46,450 nt of DNA. It comes from a candidate division WOR-3 bacterium. Its GTDB lineage: Bacteria > Hydrothermota > Hydrothermia > LBFQ01 > DSFT01. Location: NCBI GenBank assembly GCA_015494735.1, contig WGAQ01000159.1, positions 1 to 46,450 of the forward strand. The letters are read 5' to 3'. The notes under the pieces were generated by a model. It was given only the letters and a program-made list of their open reading frames with translations, did no database searches and was not told where the DNA came from. This document shows, in pieces, positions 44,846 to 46,450 of this stretch. A program made the translations under genes and the position numbers. The number at the start of each line of letters is the position of its first letter. Positions within the stretch are counted from its first letter, which is position 1.

Positions 44846-45508
44846 ATGAAAACAGCAGTCATAAGCGGAGTGAGTTCGGGAATCGGTCTGGAAGTTGCAA
44901 GGAGACTTCTGGCCGAAAAGTACATGGTTATAGGATGCTCCCGCAACAGGCCCCCTATAGATGACATCGTATTCTTCAAATGCGACATACGGAACACGGA
45001 TGAGGTGGAATCTTTCGCCCGATTCGTGAAGGAGAAGGTCAGCCACATAGACGTCCTGCTCAACAACGCGGGGATGACCTACGTGAAGAAGTTCGAGGAC
45101 TTCATACCGGAAGAGATCGACGAAATCATTGAGACCAATACCATCGGCATCATGAAGAAGACCCTCCTGCTCCTTCCCCTTCTGAAAGAGGGCTCCATAA
45201 TAATCAACCTGGGCTCGGTGGCCGCCGTCATGCACTTCCCCGAGTGGTCCGTGTATAATGCCAGCAAATTCGCCCTCAGGGGGTGGAGCAAGGCCCTCAG
45301 GAAGGAGCTGTCGGAGAGGGGAATAAGGGTCACCCTGATAAATCCGGGAGCGGTCTGGACCCCCTTCTGGGAGAAGATAGGCTTCGAGAGGGCGTACAAT
45401 ATGCTGAGTGCAGAGGATGTGGCCCAGGTGATTATGGATGTGATACACCTTCCGCCCCACGTGGATGTGGAGGAACTGCTCATAACCCATGTCAGGAGAG
45501 CCCATTGA
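44846..45508 (+). CDS. Short-chain dehydrogenase/reductase (SDR) family oxidoreductase
   Basis: AVISGVSSGIGLEVA (TGxxxGxG-like), NNAG, YNASKFAL (YxxxK). Confidence 0.9.
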   Translation: MKTAVISGVSSGIGLEVARRLLAEKYMVIGCSRNRPPIDDIVFFKCDIRNTDEVESFARFVKEKVSHIDVLLNNAGMTYVKKFEDFIPEEIDEIIETNTIGIMKKTLLLLPLLKEGSIIINLGSVAAVMHFPEWSVYNASKFALRGWSKALRKELSERGIRVTLINPGAVWTPFWEKIGFERAYNMLSAEDVAQVIMDVIHLPPHVDVEELLITHVRRAH

Positions 45509-46191
45509 AAATCCATATAAGGGAAGGGCGGTTCGTAAGGAGGGTTTCGAGGGTTTCCGCCACCGTGGTGTACGAAGGAAGGGAAGAACTGGTTCACCTC
45601 AACAACACGGGCAAACTGCTGGACATCCTCAGGCCGGGGACCACGGTGGCCCTCATGCCCATAAATGGAAAGAAGACCAGATTTCGCATCGTGGGAACCC
45701 GCGTGGATGAGGAGTGGTACACTCTGATAGACACCAATCTGCAGGAAAAGGTCGTGGTCCGGTGGATAGAGGAGAGGCGAATAGGATGGCTCAGAGGTTA
45801 TCGGGTGGAAGGGAGGCACGTGAAGGTGGGCAATTCGAGGATAGACCTCCTTCTGAAGGATGAAAGGGATGAGGAGCTCCTTCTGGAGATAAAGAGCGCT
45901 GTATTCTACTTTCCGGAGGACTCCAGCGCCCGATATCCGGACACCATAACGGAAAGGGGTCAGAAACACATAAGGGAGCTGTCCGGTCTTCCCGGAAAAA
46001 GGGGCATCCTGTTCATTGCAGCCCATCCCCACGCCCGCCTCTTCCGGCCCTGCTCCCTGGACCCGGAGATACCCCGACTACTGAAAGATGCCAGAGATAG
46101 GGGAGTGATACTGAAGGGTATATCCATGGCCCTGCGAAGGGATGGGCGTATAGAACTCCTGAGCGACGATTTGCCCGTTATACTTCCCTGA
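45505..46191 (+). CDS. sfsA: Sugar fermentation stimulation protein SfsA (DNA-binding/nuclease-fold)
   Basis: GRFVRRVSRVSATV...VHLNNTGKLLDILRPG...VGNSRIDLLL...EIKSAV...ARYPDTITERGQKHIREL. TTG 45505 with AGGAG 6 nt upstream, forming a TTGA overlap with the SDR stop. Confidence 0.85.
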   Translation: MKIHIREGRFVRRVSRVSATVVYEGREELVHLNNTGKLLDILRPGTTVALMPINGKKTRFRIVGTRVDEEWYTLIDTNLQEKVVVRWIEERRIGWLRGYRVEGRHVKVGNSRIDLLLKDERDEELLLEIKSAVFYFPEDSSARYPDTITERGQKHIRELSGLPGKRGILFIAAHPHARLFRPCSLDPEIPRLLKDARDRGVILKGISMALRRDGRIELLSDDLPVILP

Positions 46192-46450
46192 CCCCCACGA
46201 AGGCCGAGCCGCTCCCGCTCATGAAGACAAGAGGATACCTGCGTCGTAATGCCTCCCTGAACTTCCTCAAACGGGGTTCCACCTCCAAAGCCACCTCCTC
46301 GAAGACATTTTCTATGGAGGCGGAGAGGTCCCGCAGGCTCTTTTCCCTGAGGGCATCTATCACCCGGGAAATCCTCTCTTCCGCATACCCCCCGGAGACG
46401 AACAGTTTCCTCCTTCCCACCTCCCCATACATCCGCGCTGTGCTCAGATG
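46178..46450 (-). CDS. ispE: GHMP kinase C-terminal part, probably 4-diphosphocytidyl-2-C-methyl-D-erythritol kinase (partial, runs off the window)
   Basis: The frame stays open to position 46450. ENVFEEVALEVEPRL...PLVFMSGSGSAFVG resembles GHMP motif III as found in IspE. It overlaps the sfsA 3' end by 14 nt. Confidence 0.55.
   Translation of the reverse strand, partial: HLSTARMYGEVGRRKLFVSGGYAEERISRVIDALREKSLRDLSASIENVFEEVALEVEPRLRKFREALRRRYPLVFMSGSGSAFVGVREV

Noticed and set aside
1-46450. Search for CRISPR arrays, tRNA/rRNA genes, IS elements, integrases and long direct or inverted repeats
   Set aside because: No regularly spaced repeats, no cloverleaf-like or rRNA-like segments in the short intergenic regions, and no transposase or integrase-like ORFs were recognised by eye. 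Absence is not proven without tRNAscan, cmscan or repeat finders.

Overview
Dense, almost entirely coding bacterial chromosome with about 45 CDS and no rRNA, tRNA, CRISPR array, transposase or integrase that I can recognise. Gene content suggests a diderm of the FCB-superphylum type. Three proteins carry Por/T9SS-like C-terminal sorting tails, two of them are C25 (gingipain/PorU-like) peptidases, and there is a TonB-dependent receptor and an Omp85/BamA protein. Housekeeping genes are scattered: nuoA-nuoB, nuoH, V-type ATPase subunits A and D, pstS, pckA, ndk, cdsA, rlmN, slyD, cca, sfsA and a partial GHMP kinase (probably ispE) at the right edge. Heavy AGG/AGA and ATA codon use hints at a thermophile, but that is inference only. 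The standout is an eight-gene, translationally coupled minus-strand cassette (36620-43779): FIST sensor, MglB (Roadblock), MglA small GTPase, cytoplasmic PAS histidine kinase, a REC-DUF4388/PATAN-Roadblock-like response regulator, a second Roadblock protein, a PP2C phosphatase and a tail-anchored Hanks kinase. Other points seen directly: a TPP riboswitch in the leader of the TonB-dependent receptor; a recurrent TTTAAAnTTT-type promoter-like box 3-10 nt upstream of most operon-first start codons, implying leaderless mRNAs; an AroK-AroB-like fusion with its catalytic residues substituted, sitting just upstream of V-ATPase subunit D; a 1363-aa C25/FN3/FG-GAP/CTD protein coupled to a DUF4159 gene; and two lower-GC pockets with decayed or orphan small ORFs. 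All family calls rest on motifs read by eye, since no searches were run.
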